Positions 29,337 through 38,335 of a stretch of 64,000 nucleotides of DNA are shown here, one piece after another (the stretch's first letter is position 1; every line of letters begins with the position of its first letter). Made by a program: the position numbers and the translations under genes. Under the pieces are notes generated by a model, which was not told the DNA's origin, did not search any database, and saw only the letters and a list, made by a program, of their open reading frames with translations. The stretch spans positions 124,001 to 188,000 of IMG/VR virus record IMGVR_UViG_3300034073_005389, one strand, 5' to 3'.

Positions 29337-30050
29337 TCAGTTATTATAACCCAAGCGTCCCTCTCGTGTATCGAAGATAGCATGTGCTGGTTCGCTTAAG
29401 TGTTGAGTCTGCTGTGAAACACTGCCTCCAGGCACTTTACCACCATTGCTTAAAGTAAATCCAGTGTCATAATTATAGATTTTTTTATCTAAATCACATT
29501 GCCAAGTATGCTCTCCTACTCTGGCAATTTGCGCACCGGGATGGTCAGGACATGTACGAGTGCTAAGGGGTGCTTGCAAAATTCTATAATCCTTTGTCAT
29601 ACCGCTATCTTCTACTGCTTTTTGAGCATCAGCTAACATATTAGTTTCTACTAAATCTTGACGAGGATCTATATATTTTTTTCTTAAAGCATCCATCCTA
29701 GCATCTTCTGAAGCTTTTTTAGCAGCTATAGCTCCTGGAGGAGCGGCAATGCTTAACAATAATTCATCTAATACAGAGGCTTGCTTTTTTAATTCTAAAT
29801 CACCAGAAGCATCAAATACAGCAGCTAAGTTAGCTAGTTTTTCTACTGCTTCTGGAGTAATCTTAGATTCTTCTGGAGGCTCTATATGATCTACTTCTTC
29901 TGCTGCATTTTTTAATAAAGCGGCAGCCAATACGCAAGAATTAGCAACTACTTTCATGCATTTTGCATCAGCTTCGGCTAACATCAAAGCTTCATTGTTT
30001 GGACTTTCTAGCCAGGATGCAATTGAATATAACATTTCAGAAATTCTCAT
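29337..30050 (-). CDS. hypothetical protein with C-terminal zinc-ribbon-like motif
   Basis: 237 aa; TCPDHPG...WQC motif. Confidence 0.8.
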   Translation of the reverse strand: MRISEMLYSIASWLESPNNEALMLAEADAKCMKVVANSCVLAAALLKNAAEEVDHIEPPEESKITPEAVEKLANLAAVFDASGDLELKKQASVLDELLLSIAAPPGAIAAKKASEDARMDALRKKYIDPRQDLVETNMLADAQKAVEDSGMTKDYRILQAPLSTRTCPDHPGAQIARVGEHTWQCDLDKKIYNYDTGFTLSNGGKVPGGSVSQQTQHLSEPAHAIFDTREGRLGYNN

Positions 30051-30060
30051 AATGCCTCAT

Positions 30061-31677
30061 TTATCCAAAGATTTTAGCATTCATAAAAGAAGCGCCTTCA
30101 TAACTCTCTGACATGCCTCTACGATATAGTGGTCTGTGATTGCCTTCGTTATCAATATATATTTTGTTGATGGGTAATCCAGTTTGCTTGGAGATAGGAA
30201 GTTTGCTATGTGCAGTTACATAGAAGTCATTTGCATTATACATAGGATGTTGTGTAATGTCTTGCTTCTTGTAATTTAACCCAGAAGCATATACATGGAA
30301 ACCAGTAGCATATGCTTTAGTATCGCCGCTAGAAGCAAGTACATTTAATGCATCTTCTGCCTTAGCAAGATTACCTTCTGATATTGCTTCTCTAATATTA
30401 TTAATTAAATCACTGGGTTTAACGCTAAACAATGGAGATGCTGTAGCAGCAACTTTGTAATCTGTTTGATTGTCGATGTATAGTTGATTAATGCCGTCTT
30501 CATCAAATGATGATACAGATCCATTGCAAATTAACATTCCAGGCTTTTGTAATTTGTTGTTAGCAAATTTAACAGGAACGGTAAAGGCTACTTTGCCAGC
30601 ATCTAATGAAACTCCGTAGAAAATAGTAGATTGATCACTGCCAGTAACTATAATTTGTGGGTTCTTATGACCAAATCCATGGAGTTCACGAGCAATATGG
30701 CTCATAGCTAGTTTTACCTTATCTTCGCCAAATTGGAAAGAAACTTGACCATAAGGAGAGGTAAATTGCTCTTCAAATGACTTAAATTCGTCAGACTGAG
30801 CTAATTTAATTTCTCCTGGAGCTTTTTCATCTACTTTAAGACCTAACACTTGATTTTGAGTAAAATCTGATTGAACTTGGCGAGAAGCATTTAATCTAAC
30901 TACAGCTAATTCTGCATCACTCACTTCACGATTATCAGAAGCTGCTTTAGTTAATACTTCTAAAATATTAGAACCAGTAACTTTTAATTTGCTACCAGCA
31001 TTTTTACGTAAATAGCCTTTTACGTTGTTATTATTAAGCTCTTGGGGTCCAGCGTTACCCATAAATACCATGGCTTGTGATACTTTGTTGGAGCGAACTT
31101 CTACTGGAACATAAAAACTAGTAATTCCTTTAGGAGTATCGTAATCTGCTTTAATAACTAAGAATTTCTCATTACCATCTATTACTTGTAGATTGGAGGG
31201 TCTTAAATTCCAAGAATCTAAATTTTTGCTTACATCACTGGCAGCTTTATCGGCTAAAGCTTGAGAATACATTTTTAATGGAACATTCTTATCAAAAACA
31301 CTATTTAAAGCGTTGCTAAGAACAGGATTTGCTGCCGCATACACATTAACCTCACCAGCATCGTCTCTTTGATGTAAGGTAGGTTCTGGTAATTGATCTG
31401 ATAATCCTAATTCCTCAGAAAATAATTGAGCAAATTTAGTGTTTCTAGAAAAAAGTTTATGATATAAATTTTTAAATTCAGCTTTACGAATAAACAAATT
31501 ATTGTTATCCGCCATTTTTTCAATCACTCTAGCCATAGAACCAAGTGTTTGATCCTCTGGATATGAATGCAAGCATTTAGCCAATTTCACAGATAATACT
31601 GGAATTGCTAATCTTTCATGATCCTCTACTCTTTGAGCGAGGGAACCTACTAATTGCTGTATTTTATCGAAGCTCAT
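30061..31677 (-). CDS. hypothetical, probably structural protein
   Basis: 538 aa; IKLAQ and YKVAA motifs; head-cluster context. Confidence 0.8.
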   Translation of the reverse strand: MSFDKIQQLVGSLAQRVEDHERLAIPVLSVKLAKCLHSYPEDQTLGSMARVIEKMADNNNLFIRKAEFKNLYHKLFSRNTKFAQLFSEELGLSDQLPEPTLHQRDDAGEVNVYAAANPVLSNALNSVFDKNVPLKMYSQALADKAASDVSKNLDSWNLRPSNLQVIDGNEKFLVIKADYDTPKGITSFYVPVEVRSNKVSQAMVFMGNAGPQELNNNNVKGYLRKNAGSKLKVTGSNILEVLTKAASDNREVSDAELAVVRLNASRQVQSDFTQNQVLGLKVDEKAPGEIKLAQSDEFKSFEEQFTSPYGQVSFQFGEDKVKLAMSHIARELHGFGHKNPQIIVTGSDQSTIFYGVSLDAGKVAFTVPVKFANNKLQKPGMLICNGSVSSFDEDGINQLYIDNQTDYKVAATASPLFSVKPSDLINNIREAISEGNLAKAEDALNVLASSGDTKAYATGFHVYASGLNYKKQDITQHPMYNANDFYVTAHSKLPISKQTGLPINKIYIDNEGNHRPLYRRGMSESYEGASFMNAKIFG

Positions 31678-31699
31678 GTAAGCATCCTATTCGGTAATA

Positions 31700-32167
31700 T
31701 TAAACTAATTCAGGGTACTTATTTAATACCGCATTTTTAGCTGAAACAGATAATTCATTCAACAATGACTTAACTAATTTCTTATTCTCGGCTAACTTAG
31801 CAGGCAAATAACTTTCAACTTGATTTAATTCTTGTGGAGGTATCCCTAATTTACTAGCTGAAACTCTAACAATAGGATCTCCTTTATAAGAAACTTCTAC
31901 TGCATTTGCTGTTTTAAGCACATTAACTTCCCATTCAGATTTCTTGATAGTATCTTCTGGATTGTAAATAGCTATGATATAGTCCCCATCATCAGCATTT
32001 TGAATCTGCCATAAATTAGCCGCCGCATCATTTTCTTTAAATCTAACAATATCAAAAGCTACTTTCTCTATTTTGTCTTGTACCTCTGATAGTTTATAAG
32101 CTTTTTTATAAATTTTGTTATCTAATTTTGAGTAATCAAGATTAAATTTTGGCATCATATCTCCCAT
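31700..32167 (-). CDS. hypothetical protein
   Basis: 155 aa; IYKKAY motif. Confidence 0.75.
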   Translation of the reverse strand: MGDMMPKFNLDYSKLDNKIYKKAYKLSEVQDKIEKVAFDIVRFKENDAAANLWQIQNADDGDYIIAIYNPEDTIKKSEWEVNVLKTANAVEVSYKGDPIVRVSASKLGIPPQELNQVESYLPAKLAENKKLVKSLLNELSVSAKNAVLNKYPELV

Positions 32168-32224
32168 TACATAATATGTATTCTATCATAGATAGACAAA
32201 TATTGATAATATTATATGTTTTTA

Positions 32225-33112
32225 TTATATGTATTGGTTATTATTTTTTCTTCTTTGCCTTTTGTATTCCGCAAAACATAATCTACAATAAGTATTTAGC
32301 CCAGAAGATGATCTTTTGTCTTTATTAAAAGAATGTGCCATTTTAATATGTTTACATTTAAAACATTCTTTTAAACCTAATGACGCATCATAAAAGCATT
32401 TATATTGTTTTTCTGGAGCTTTTCTATTTAAATTATATTTATTTTCTTTTTGCTCTATTATAGATTTTTTCCTATGACACAAAGCACAGAGAACTTGACA
32501 CTTTGCTAATTCTTTTTGCAAAATGTCAAAATTTCTATTTCTTAATTGACATATATTATACAATTTAGTGGAAGGGTCAATATGATCTAATTGCATATTG
32601 TAATAATCATATTGTTTTCCACAGTCAGCACATGGTTTGTTTTTAAATTTTTGAATCAATTCTACATTAGGTCTATGTTTTTTAGACGGAACTAATTTGC
32701 TGATTAATCTATTGTAAGACCTTTTATTATGACAAAGTACGCAAACCAAATCACATTTTTGTATTTCTTCTAATATCTTTTCTTTAGGAGAATTAGATAA
32801 AACCATTCTAGACACACTTTGTACTTTTTGACCCCTCTCAGGCACATGGTCAAAATCCATACAGTAAGGTTCATAGATATTATTGCAATCTAGGCATGGT
32901 TTAGATTTTTTTAAATCTTGCAGCCATTTAATTCTTTCAGCCCGTCTATTGTTGGTATTTTGTCGGCTAAGCTCTATATTTTTACTATATCTTTCTTTTC
33001 TATATTCAGAAAAACATATTTTGCACCAACTAGCTAATTTATCAGTTGTCTTTTTATCTGGACTAAAACAACTATTTTCTCTTTCATTTTTACATCTTAC
33101 GCATAGTTTCAT
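32225..33112 (-). CDS. double-HNH endonuclease flanked by two zinc-finger modules
   Basis: CVRC...WCKIC; PCLDC..DFDHV..VCVLCH; PCADC..QLDHI..LCALCH; CFKC...YCRLC. Confidence 0.8.
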   Translation of the reverse strand: MKLCVRCKNERENSCFSPDKKTTDKLASWCKICFSEYRKERYSKNIELSRQNTNNRRAERIKWLQDLKKSKPCLDCNNIYEPYCMDFDHVPERGQKVQSVSRMVLSNSPKEKILEEIQKCDLVCVLCHNKRSYNRLISKLVPSKKHRPNVELIQKFKNKPCADCGKQYDYYNMQLDHIDPSTKLYNICQLRNRNFDILQKELAKCQVLCALCHRKKSIIEQKENKYNLNRKAPEKQYKCFYDASLGLKECFKCKHIKMAHSFNKDKRSSSGLNTYCRLCFAEYKRQRRKNNNQYI

Positions 33113-33129
33113 GCATAATTATATATCAA

Positions 33130-33570
33130 TTACCAACGCTCTTCCCGTAATTCAGACATTTTGCCCAAAATTTCTTTGATCTTCTCATCATTCTCTATGA
33201 TTTTTTTGATCTTCTTCTTCGCACCACCGTACACTCGCTTACCATTTTTATAGTCAACATTGCCATTCAATGACTTTGTTATACTGCTTTGGTTCACATT
33301 CAGCATTTTAGCAATTTCCATTTGAGTATAACCATCGCTATACAATTTAATTACTTCTCGCTGTCTAGGGGTAAGTAATGTATTAATGACTCGCCAAAAT
33401 TCTTTTTTTAATTGGTCTTCTAAATCAAGTAACTCTTCATTATATTGAAAAGGATTTAGCTTGGCAGAAATACTATCATCATTAGAAAAAGCTTCCATCA
33501 TGTCATTAGAGCAAACAGTTTCTAACAAAATATATTGATAATGGTCGCTCCTATTTTTTCTTTTTTCCAT
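33130..33570 (-). CDS. sigma-70 region 4-like HTH protein
   Basis: LLTPRQREVIKLYSDGYTQMEIAKMLNVNQSSITKSL; only 146 aa, with no recognisable region 2. Confidence 0.75.
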   Translation of the reverse strand: MEKRKNRSDHYQYILLETVCSNDMMEAFSNDDSISAKLNPFQYNEELLDLEDQLKKEFWRVINTLLTPRQREVIKLYSDGYTQMEIAKMLNVNQSSITKSLNGNVDYKNGKRVYGGAKKKIKKIIENDEKIKEILGKMSELREERW

Positions 33571-33576
33571 ACTACC

Positions 33577-34272
33577 TCAGTTATTATGAATGCCATACCT
33601 CAATAATATATCTCGGATTGTATTTTTGCTACAACTAAATTTTTTAGCTAAATCCATTCTAGAATATTGACCCGTCTGATACAAATTGCAAATTTTCATT
33701 TCTTGTCGCTTAGAAAATAAATGCTGTGACTTATGATATGTTTTTCTTATTTTTATTTTATTTCTAAGCAAAATATCAGAAATAGTGGTTTTAGCGCAAT
33801 TATATTGTTTAGCCAACCAATAAGCCGATTTGTTTTCTACACTATACAATCTACATATTTCTTTTTCAATAGCTTCACTAAATTTTCTTCTAGATTTAGC
33901 TGAAGTATTAGATCGAGATCTTGAAATATTTATTTTCCATTGTCTGGGAAATTTTTTCCCACCATTAGTATTTCCACCATCTCCACCTTGAGTATCGTTG
34001 TATCCACGATCTGATTTATAGCTATCATAAAATTTAATATAAAATTTTTCTCCTTGAATCATTGCTTCAAATGAAGAGTATTGTTTCAATAATTCAATAT
34101 GAAAATTCTTTTCTCCATATTTCCTAATAGCTTTATGCAAGGAGCTAGAAGAATTTTTTCTTGCACTAAGACAATGCTGATACAATCTAGCAGATAAAGA
34201 TCTTTGAGTGTATCCAATATATATTTTTTGATTAACTAAATTAGTAATTTTATATATTTGATAGTAAGTCAT
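33577..34272 (-). CDS. GIY-YIG homing endonuclease with NUMOD/HTH tail
   Basis: YQIYKITNLVNQKIYIGYT, RLYQH, E-x-x-x-I, GYN...GG; two C-terminal HTH repeats. Confidence 0.88.
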   Translation of the reverse strand: MTYYQIYKITNLVNQKIYIGYTQRSLSARLYQHCLSARKNSSSSLHKAIRKYGEKNFHIELLKQYSSFEAMIQGEKFYIKFYDSYKSDRGYNDTQGGDGGNTNGGKKFPRQWKINISRSRSNTSAKSRRKFSEAIEKEICRLYSVENKSAYWLAKQYNCAKTTISDILLRNKIKIRKTYHKSQHLFSKRQEMKICNLYQTGQYSRMDLAKKFSCSKNTIRDILLRYGIHNN

Positions 34273-35015
34273 ATTTGTATAGTAAAAGATAAAGAATCAT
34301 AACTATTTTGAGATAGATACTCATCTATATCTTTATATGGCAGTGGCAAATAAAAATTAGTAATATTAGCTAATCCTTTATATTTTTCAGTTATTTTTTT
34401 ACGACCTTTTTCTCCTGCCTCATCATTATCTAACAAAAGACAAATATTATTGGTGTATCTTGTAAGTAAAGACAGTTGAGTGGCTGACATATCTGCTCCT
34501 CCCAAAGACACAATATTTTTAAAATTGTTTTGAGAAGCCTTGATAGTATCAAATTGACCTTCTACTACAAAGGCGCAGCCTTTTTCTAATATTTCTTTTT
34601 TGTTTTCATACAAACCAAACAAATGTTTGCTTTTAGCAAAGTTCGTATTTTTATACTTTGAAACTTTGCGTTGATGATCTGGTAGTAAAGATCTGCCTAC
34701 TAAAGCAATTACGTTACCATATACATCTTTGTATGGCATTACTAAAGGATGATCTTCAAAAAAAGAAAATAAAATCTTTCTAGGAAATAAAGAATCTTCA
34801 ATATCTCTAGAATAAAGAAGCGAATGTTGAGATAAAACTTCTTCTCCTACAATAGAAGTTAATGCTTGGATATTTTCTAAATTAGGAAAATATCCAAACT
34901 GGAATAATTTTTGCCCAGATTCATCTAATCTATTATTGATGTAATCTTTGCAATCTTGAGCTTGGCTATAGTTATTTAGCAAATAATGACAAGCATCTAC
35001 GATTTTTTGTAGCAT
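34269..35015 (-). CDS. dnaG: DNA primase DnaG catalytic core (TOPRIM), lacking the zinc-binding domain
   Basis: FQFGYFP, VIALVGRSL, KYKNT, FVVEGQFDTI, LLLDNDEAG, KDIDEYL; starts at the catalytic N-terminal subdomain. Confidence 0.88.
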   Translation of the reverse strand: MLQKIVDACHYLLNNYSQAQDCKDYINNRLDESGQKLFQFGYFPNLENIQALTSIVGEEVLSQHSLLYSRDIEDSLFPRKILFSFFEDHPLVMPYKDVYGNVIALVGRSLLPDHQRKVSKYKNTNFAKSKHLFGLYENKKEILEKGCAFVVEGQFDTIKASQNNFKNIVSLGGADMSATQLSLLTRYTNNICLLLDNDEAGEKGRKKITEKYKGLANITNFYLPLPYKDIDEYLSQNSYDSLSFTIQI

Positions 35016-35016
35016 A

Positions 35017-35352
35017 TTAAATATCTTGCGGTTTTTTTAATTGTTCTAATAGCATGATTTTAAAGGGCTGACTAAGATGCGAATGCAATGCTTTACATTT
35101 AGGGCAAATTACTTCTTTATTTTGAATTTGGGGACGCTCTTCTATATTACAATTTTTGCATTTAACTGCAAAAGAAATTGTTTTTTTAGGTCGATATTGC
35201 TTAAATTGTTTCATTTGCATTTTAATAAAATGCGTAATATTGTTTAATTCTCTCTCACATTTAGAGCAATATACTTTATCTGTAGCTGGATCTAAGTATG
35301 GTTCCATTAAGTCTCCACAACCACGATTTGAGCAAACTATAGAAAATGGCAT
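35017..35352 (-). CDS. small zinc-ribbon protein
   Basis: Four Cys pairs (CSNRGC, CSKC, CKNC, CPKC). Confidence 0.75.
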   Translation of the reverse strand: MPFSIVCSNRGCGDLMEPYLDPATDKVYCSKCERELNNITHFIKMQMKQFKQYRPKKTISFAVKCKNCNIEERPQIQNKEVICPKCKALHSHLSQPFKIMLLEQLKKPQDI

Positions 35353-36284
35353 TAAGCGTCCTTATTTTGTAATAAATTAATGATTTGATCTGTATTTTGT
35401 GGATATTCCACTTCTAGATAAACTTTTTGATTACCTTTTTTATTTACTCCTAGATTAGGAATTATTACTACGTCTTTGTTTTTAGACAAGGGCTTAATAT
35501 TAATTTCTTTCTCATCTAACACTGTAGGAACTACTTTTGCACAGCCTTGCAATGCCTCCAATAAAGAAATTTTAAGATAAGAAATTACATCTGATCCTTC
35601 TAAAGACAAATTAGTATTATTTTCCACATGAATATACAGATGTACGTCACTAGACTGATCTAGTCCCATAAACTGACCGACATAGTTTCCCATACCAGCT
35701 AGTCTAAGAATATTGCCATCAGACACCCCTCCAGGAACAGAGACATGAATATTACACTCAGAATCTAAAGAACCTTCTCCTTTACAAGGAGAACATTTTT
35801 CTGTTTTAGTCTTACCCATGCATTTGTCGCATGTTTGCACAAAAATCATCTGACCACGAGAAACAGTAATTTGCCCTCTTCCTTTACATTTGTCGCAGCC
35901 ATTGTTTAATTTAATGAGACCATCTCCGTCACAAGAATTGCATTTTGTTTTTCTAGAATAAGAAATATTCTTTTTTGTCCCTAATACTGATTCTTGGAAA
36001 GAAATAGTAGTTTGAATAGAGATATGCTGAGGGACAGCTTTTACTCTACCACCAAATGGATTAAATCCTGAAAACCCAGAAAATAAAGAATCAGGTTCTG
36101 GTTCATCGCCTTCTTTGATTCTAGTGTAAGCTTCATTTATTTTTTTAAATTTAGCATCAGCATCTGGCTCTTTATTTACATCTGGATGATATTTCCTAGT
36201 TAGCTCTTTATATTTCTTTTTTACTTCTTCTTCTGTTGCCTGATTTGATAAGCCAAGGGTAGAATAGGCTTCTTTTAAATTCAT
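35352..36284 (-). CDS. dnaJ: DnaJ chaperone (type A)
   Basis: J domain with HPD, short G/F linker, four CxxCxGxG-type repeats, C-terminal substrate domain (GNILRLAGMG). Confidence 0.92.
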   Translation of the reverse strand: MNLKEAYSTLGLSNQATEEEVKKKYKELTRKYHPDVNKEPDADAKFKKINEAYTRIKEGDEPEPDSLFSGFSGFNPFGGRVKAVPQHISIQTTISFQESVLGTKKNISYSRKTKCNSCDGDGLIKLNNGCDKCKGRGQITVSRGQMIFVQTCDKCMGKTKTEKCSPCKGEGSLDSECNIHVSVPGGVSDGNILRLAGMGNYVGQFMGLDQSSDVHLYIHVENNTNLSLEGSDVISYLKISLLEALQGCAKVVPTVLDEKEINIKPLSKNKDVVIIPNLGVNKKGNQKVYLEVEYPQNTDQIINLLQNKDA

Positions 36285-36829
36285 TTTTTCTTACCTTTAA
36301 TCTTTTTAGTTAACAATAATGAATAATATAAAGCAACAGCTATGCTGTCAGCCATATCATAATTTTCTACTTTAATACAACCTTTTTTGTTGATCTGATA
36401 TGGAAATGTAATTTGTAAATGTTTGGCGACAAGATCTGGAATATCTTCTTTTTTTGGTAAGGTTTTTTCTAATTTTATTCCATGACGGATAGTCATGACA
36501 TTAAAATAATTTGGTTCTTTCTTTAAGAAATCATACGCCAATAAACCAATCATTCTATTAAAAGAAGTTAGTGTAATAATAGTCTTAGCGGTAGAAGCTC
36601 CAGACATAAATTGAATAATATCTTCTATTACAATATGATCTGGAGATACTGATTCTATTATTTTCTTAATCTTGTCTCTAGTATCAGCTAATCTTGCAAC
36701 TATGCTTTCTTTTTTTATAGGCTTAATGTAATTACAAGATACAAATTTAATGTTATTAGAATCATCAATTTCTAATACGCAATATCCAATTGTTGTTGAT
36801 GAGCAATCAATTCCCAGTATTTTAGTCAT
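36281..36829 (-). CDS. ruvC: RuvC-like Holliday junction resolvase
   Basis: KILGIDCSSTTIGY, IVIED, DMADSIAVA. Confidence 0.82.
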   Translation of the reverse strand: MTKILGIDCSSTTIGYCVLEIDDSNNIKFVSCNYIKPIKKESIVARLADTRDKIKKIIESVSPDHIVIEDIIQFMSGASTAKTIITLTSFNRMIGLLAYDFLKKEPNYFNVMTIRHGIKLEKTLPKKEDIPDLVAKHLQITFPYQINKKGCIKVENYDMADSIAVALYYSLLLTKKIKGKKK

Positions 36830-36848
36830 TGAAAGCTAATATAACAGC

Positions 36849-36884
36849 TAAAAAGGAGCTAGGTTTAAACCTAGCTCCTTTTTA
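36849..36884. terminator. 36-bp perfect palindrome, probable bidirectional terminator
   Basis: TAAAAAGGAGCTAGGTTT|AAACCTAGCTCCTTTTTA between the SSB and ruvC genes. Confidence 0.75.
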
Positions 36885-36903
36885 ATTCTAAGTGCTTTTA
36901 ATG

Positions 36904-37593
36904 TCAGGCATCATAAGATGGAAATGCATCGTCGTCATCATCCATACTTACTGGCGCAGGTTTTGACTTTTGTTCAGGCTTTTTGCTGGGCATAGCCACA
37001 GAAGTAGTTTCTCCGCCGCCACTGATCTTTTCCATTCGCTTCAGAACTTGATCTGGAGTTAGCGGAGTTACTCTACGTTTGAGATCATCTAAATCCGCAT
37101 TGTCTTTGATTTGTTGGTCTGCAGCTGATAGTGGTTCTTTAGAAATAGGTTGTACTGAGTAATACCCAGTTGCCCCACCATTCTTGTCTACTACGATATC
37201 AATGTCGTATTTGGTAGGATCGCCCCATCGTGCAGTGTTACGAGCCAATTTTCTAATTTGGCTAAATACTGCAAAAGAAACGTCTAATACTTTGTAAGTA
37301 CCAGTCTTGCGACTAATCACTCCAAGCAACCAACGAGGTTTAGCCTTGTCTCCCATTGTGCAAAGTGGACAGCTGCCATGAATTGCTGAACAAGAAACTT
37401 TTTGACCAAAATCTTTTGGATTATTGGGATCTTTCTTATATTTATGTACTAAATATTGAAATGGTTGAGTGATGATTCGCATCTCATTTGAACCCTCGTC
37501 TAAACGAAGGAACAAATCTTTTGCATTGGATTTTTGTTTGTCACCACCTGAAAAGACATCATCTTCCCAAGATACTTCACCGAATGTATTCAT
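36904..37593 (-). CDS. single-stranded DNA-binding protein (T4 gp32-like)
   Basis: FLRL..G.N..RII, Cys/His cluster, KPRWLLGVI, YDIDIVV, acidic tail DDDDDAF; AGGAG RBS. Confidence 0.75.
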   Translation of the reverse strand: MNTFGEVSWEDDVFSGGDKQKSNAKDLFLRLDEGSNEMRIITQPFQYLVHKYKKDPNNPKDFGQKVSCSAIHGSCPLCTMGDKAKPRWLLGVISRKTGTYKVLDVSFAVFSQIRKLARNTARWGDPTKYDIDIVVDKNGGATGYYSVQPISKEPLSAADQQIKDNADLDDLKRRVTPLTPDQVLKRMEKISGGGETTSVAMPSKKPEQKSKPAPVSMDDDDDAFPSYDA

Positions 37594-37680
37594 ATTTTTC
37601 TCCTAACTGTTTTTTTTCTATTGTACACTAACGGTACTTTTATCTGTTTAACAATAATCGGACTATTATAATCTAATTAT

Positions 37681-37971
37681 TCATCGTGTAAATTCAACAT
37701 AACGTACACGAGCATGATCAGTAGTGCGACCAAAAGTAGCACGCACCTTTCGGGCTCGAAGACGACTTAGTACTCGATTTAGTACTACTCGTAGTGCACT
37801 AGGTGAGCCTGGAAGCATATTTCGCTGAGCACGAGGAGTGATCTTACGAATTGCTGCACCAAGCTGTGTCATAGTACCTGTCCAAGCAACTTGCCCGCCA
37901 TTTGGTACAACTACATTTAGTACGCCATTGAGAACTAGATCGTTTACGTTTGTTTCTGTATTTGATGTCAT
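37681..37971 (-). CDS. small basic Arg-rich protein, possibly DNA-binding
   Basis: 96 aa; locally GC-rich (29/60 GC at 37741-37800); many CGT/CGA Arg codons. Confidence 0.75.
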   Translation of the reverse strand: MTSNTETNVNDLVLNGVLNVVVPNGGQVAWTGTMTQLGAAIRKITPRAQRNMLPGSPSALRVVLNRVLSRLRARKVRATFGRTTDHARVRYVEFTR

Positions 37972-37987
37972 TTTATTACCCTTTCTT

Positions 37988-38335
37988 TCATTTCACTAAT
38001 GTTTGCATTTTATTTGCGTTGAAAACTAAACTTCTGATGCTGTGTACCCTGTGCCAGGGGAACCACATGTCTAGTATAAGTTCCTTAGGAGTCTGTGTCA
38101 ACAGGTCGTTAAATGTTTTAATTATCTCTTCGTCTGATAATTCTGAAAAGAATCCTTTTGCTAAAATAAAACCATTCTGTGAGTCTGGCTTATCTATAGA
38201 AATAAATTTTTGATATGTAGTGCCTGATTTCCCACCGCTAGAATGAGATAGCGATACTAAATAAATAGGTTTTTTATTAATAGCCCCAACTGTAGGAATG
38301 GTAGCTACGCCAATTGAAAAATCTTTATCCATCAC
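37988..38335 (-). CDS. hypothetical protein
   Basis: 115 aa, overlaps the recA stop. Confidence 0.75.
   Translation of the reverse strand: MMDKDFSIGVATIPTVGAINKKPIYLVSLSHSSGGKSGTTYQKFISIDKPDSQNGFILAKGFFSELSDEEIIKTFNDLLTQTPKELILDMWFPWHRVHSIRSLVFNANKMQTLVK

Noticed and set aside
36281-36829. TnpB/Cas12-like RuvC effector
   Set aside because: 182 aa with a contiguous resolvase-type RuvC, no zinc finger or REC lobe, and no adjacent array or transposon ends
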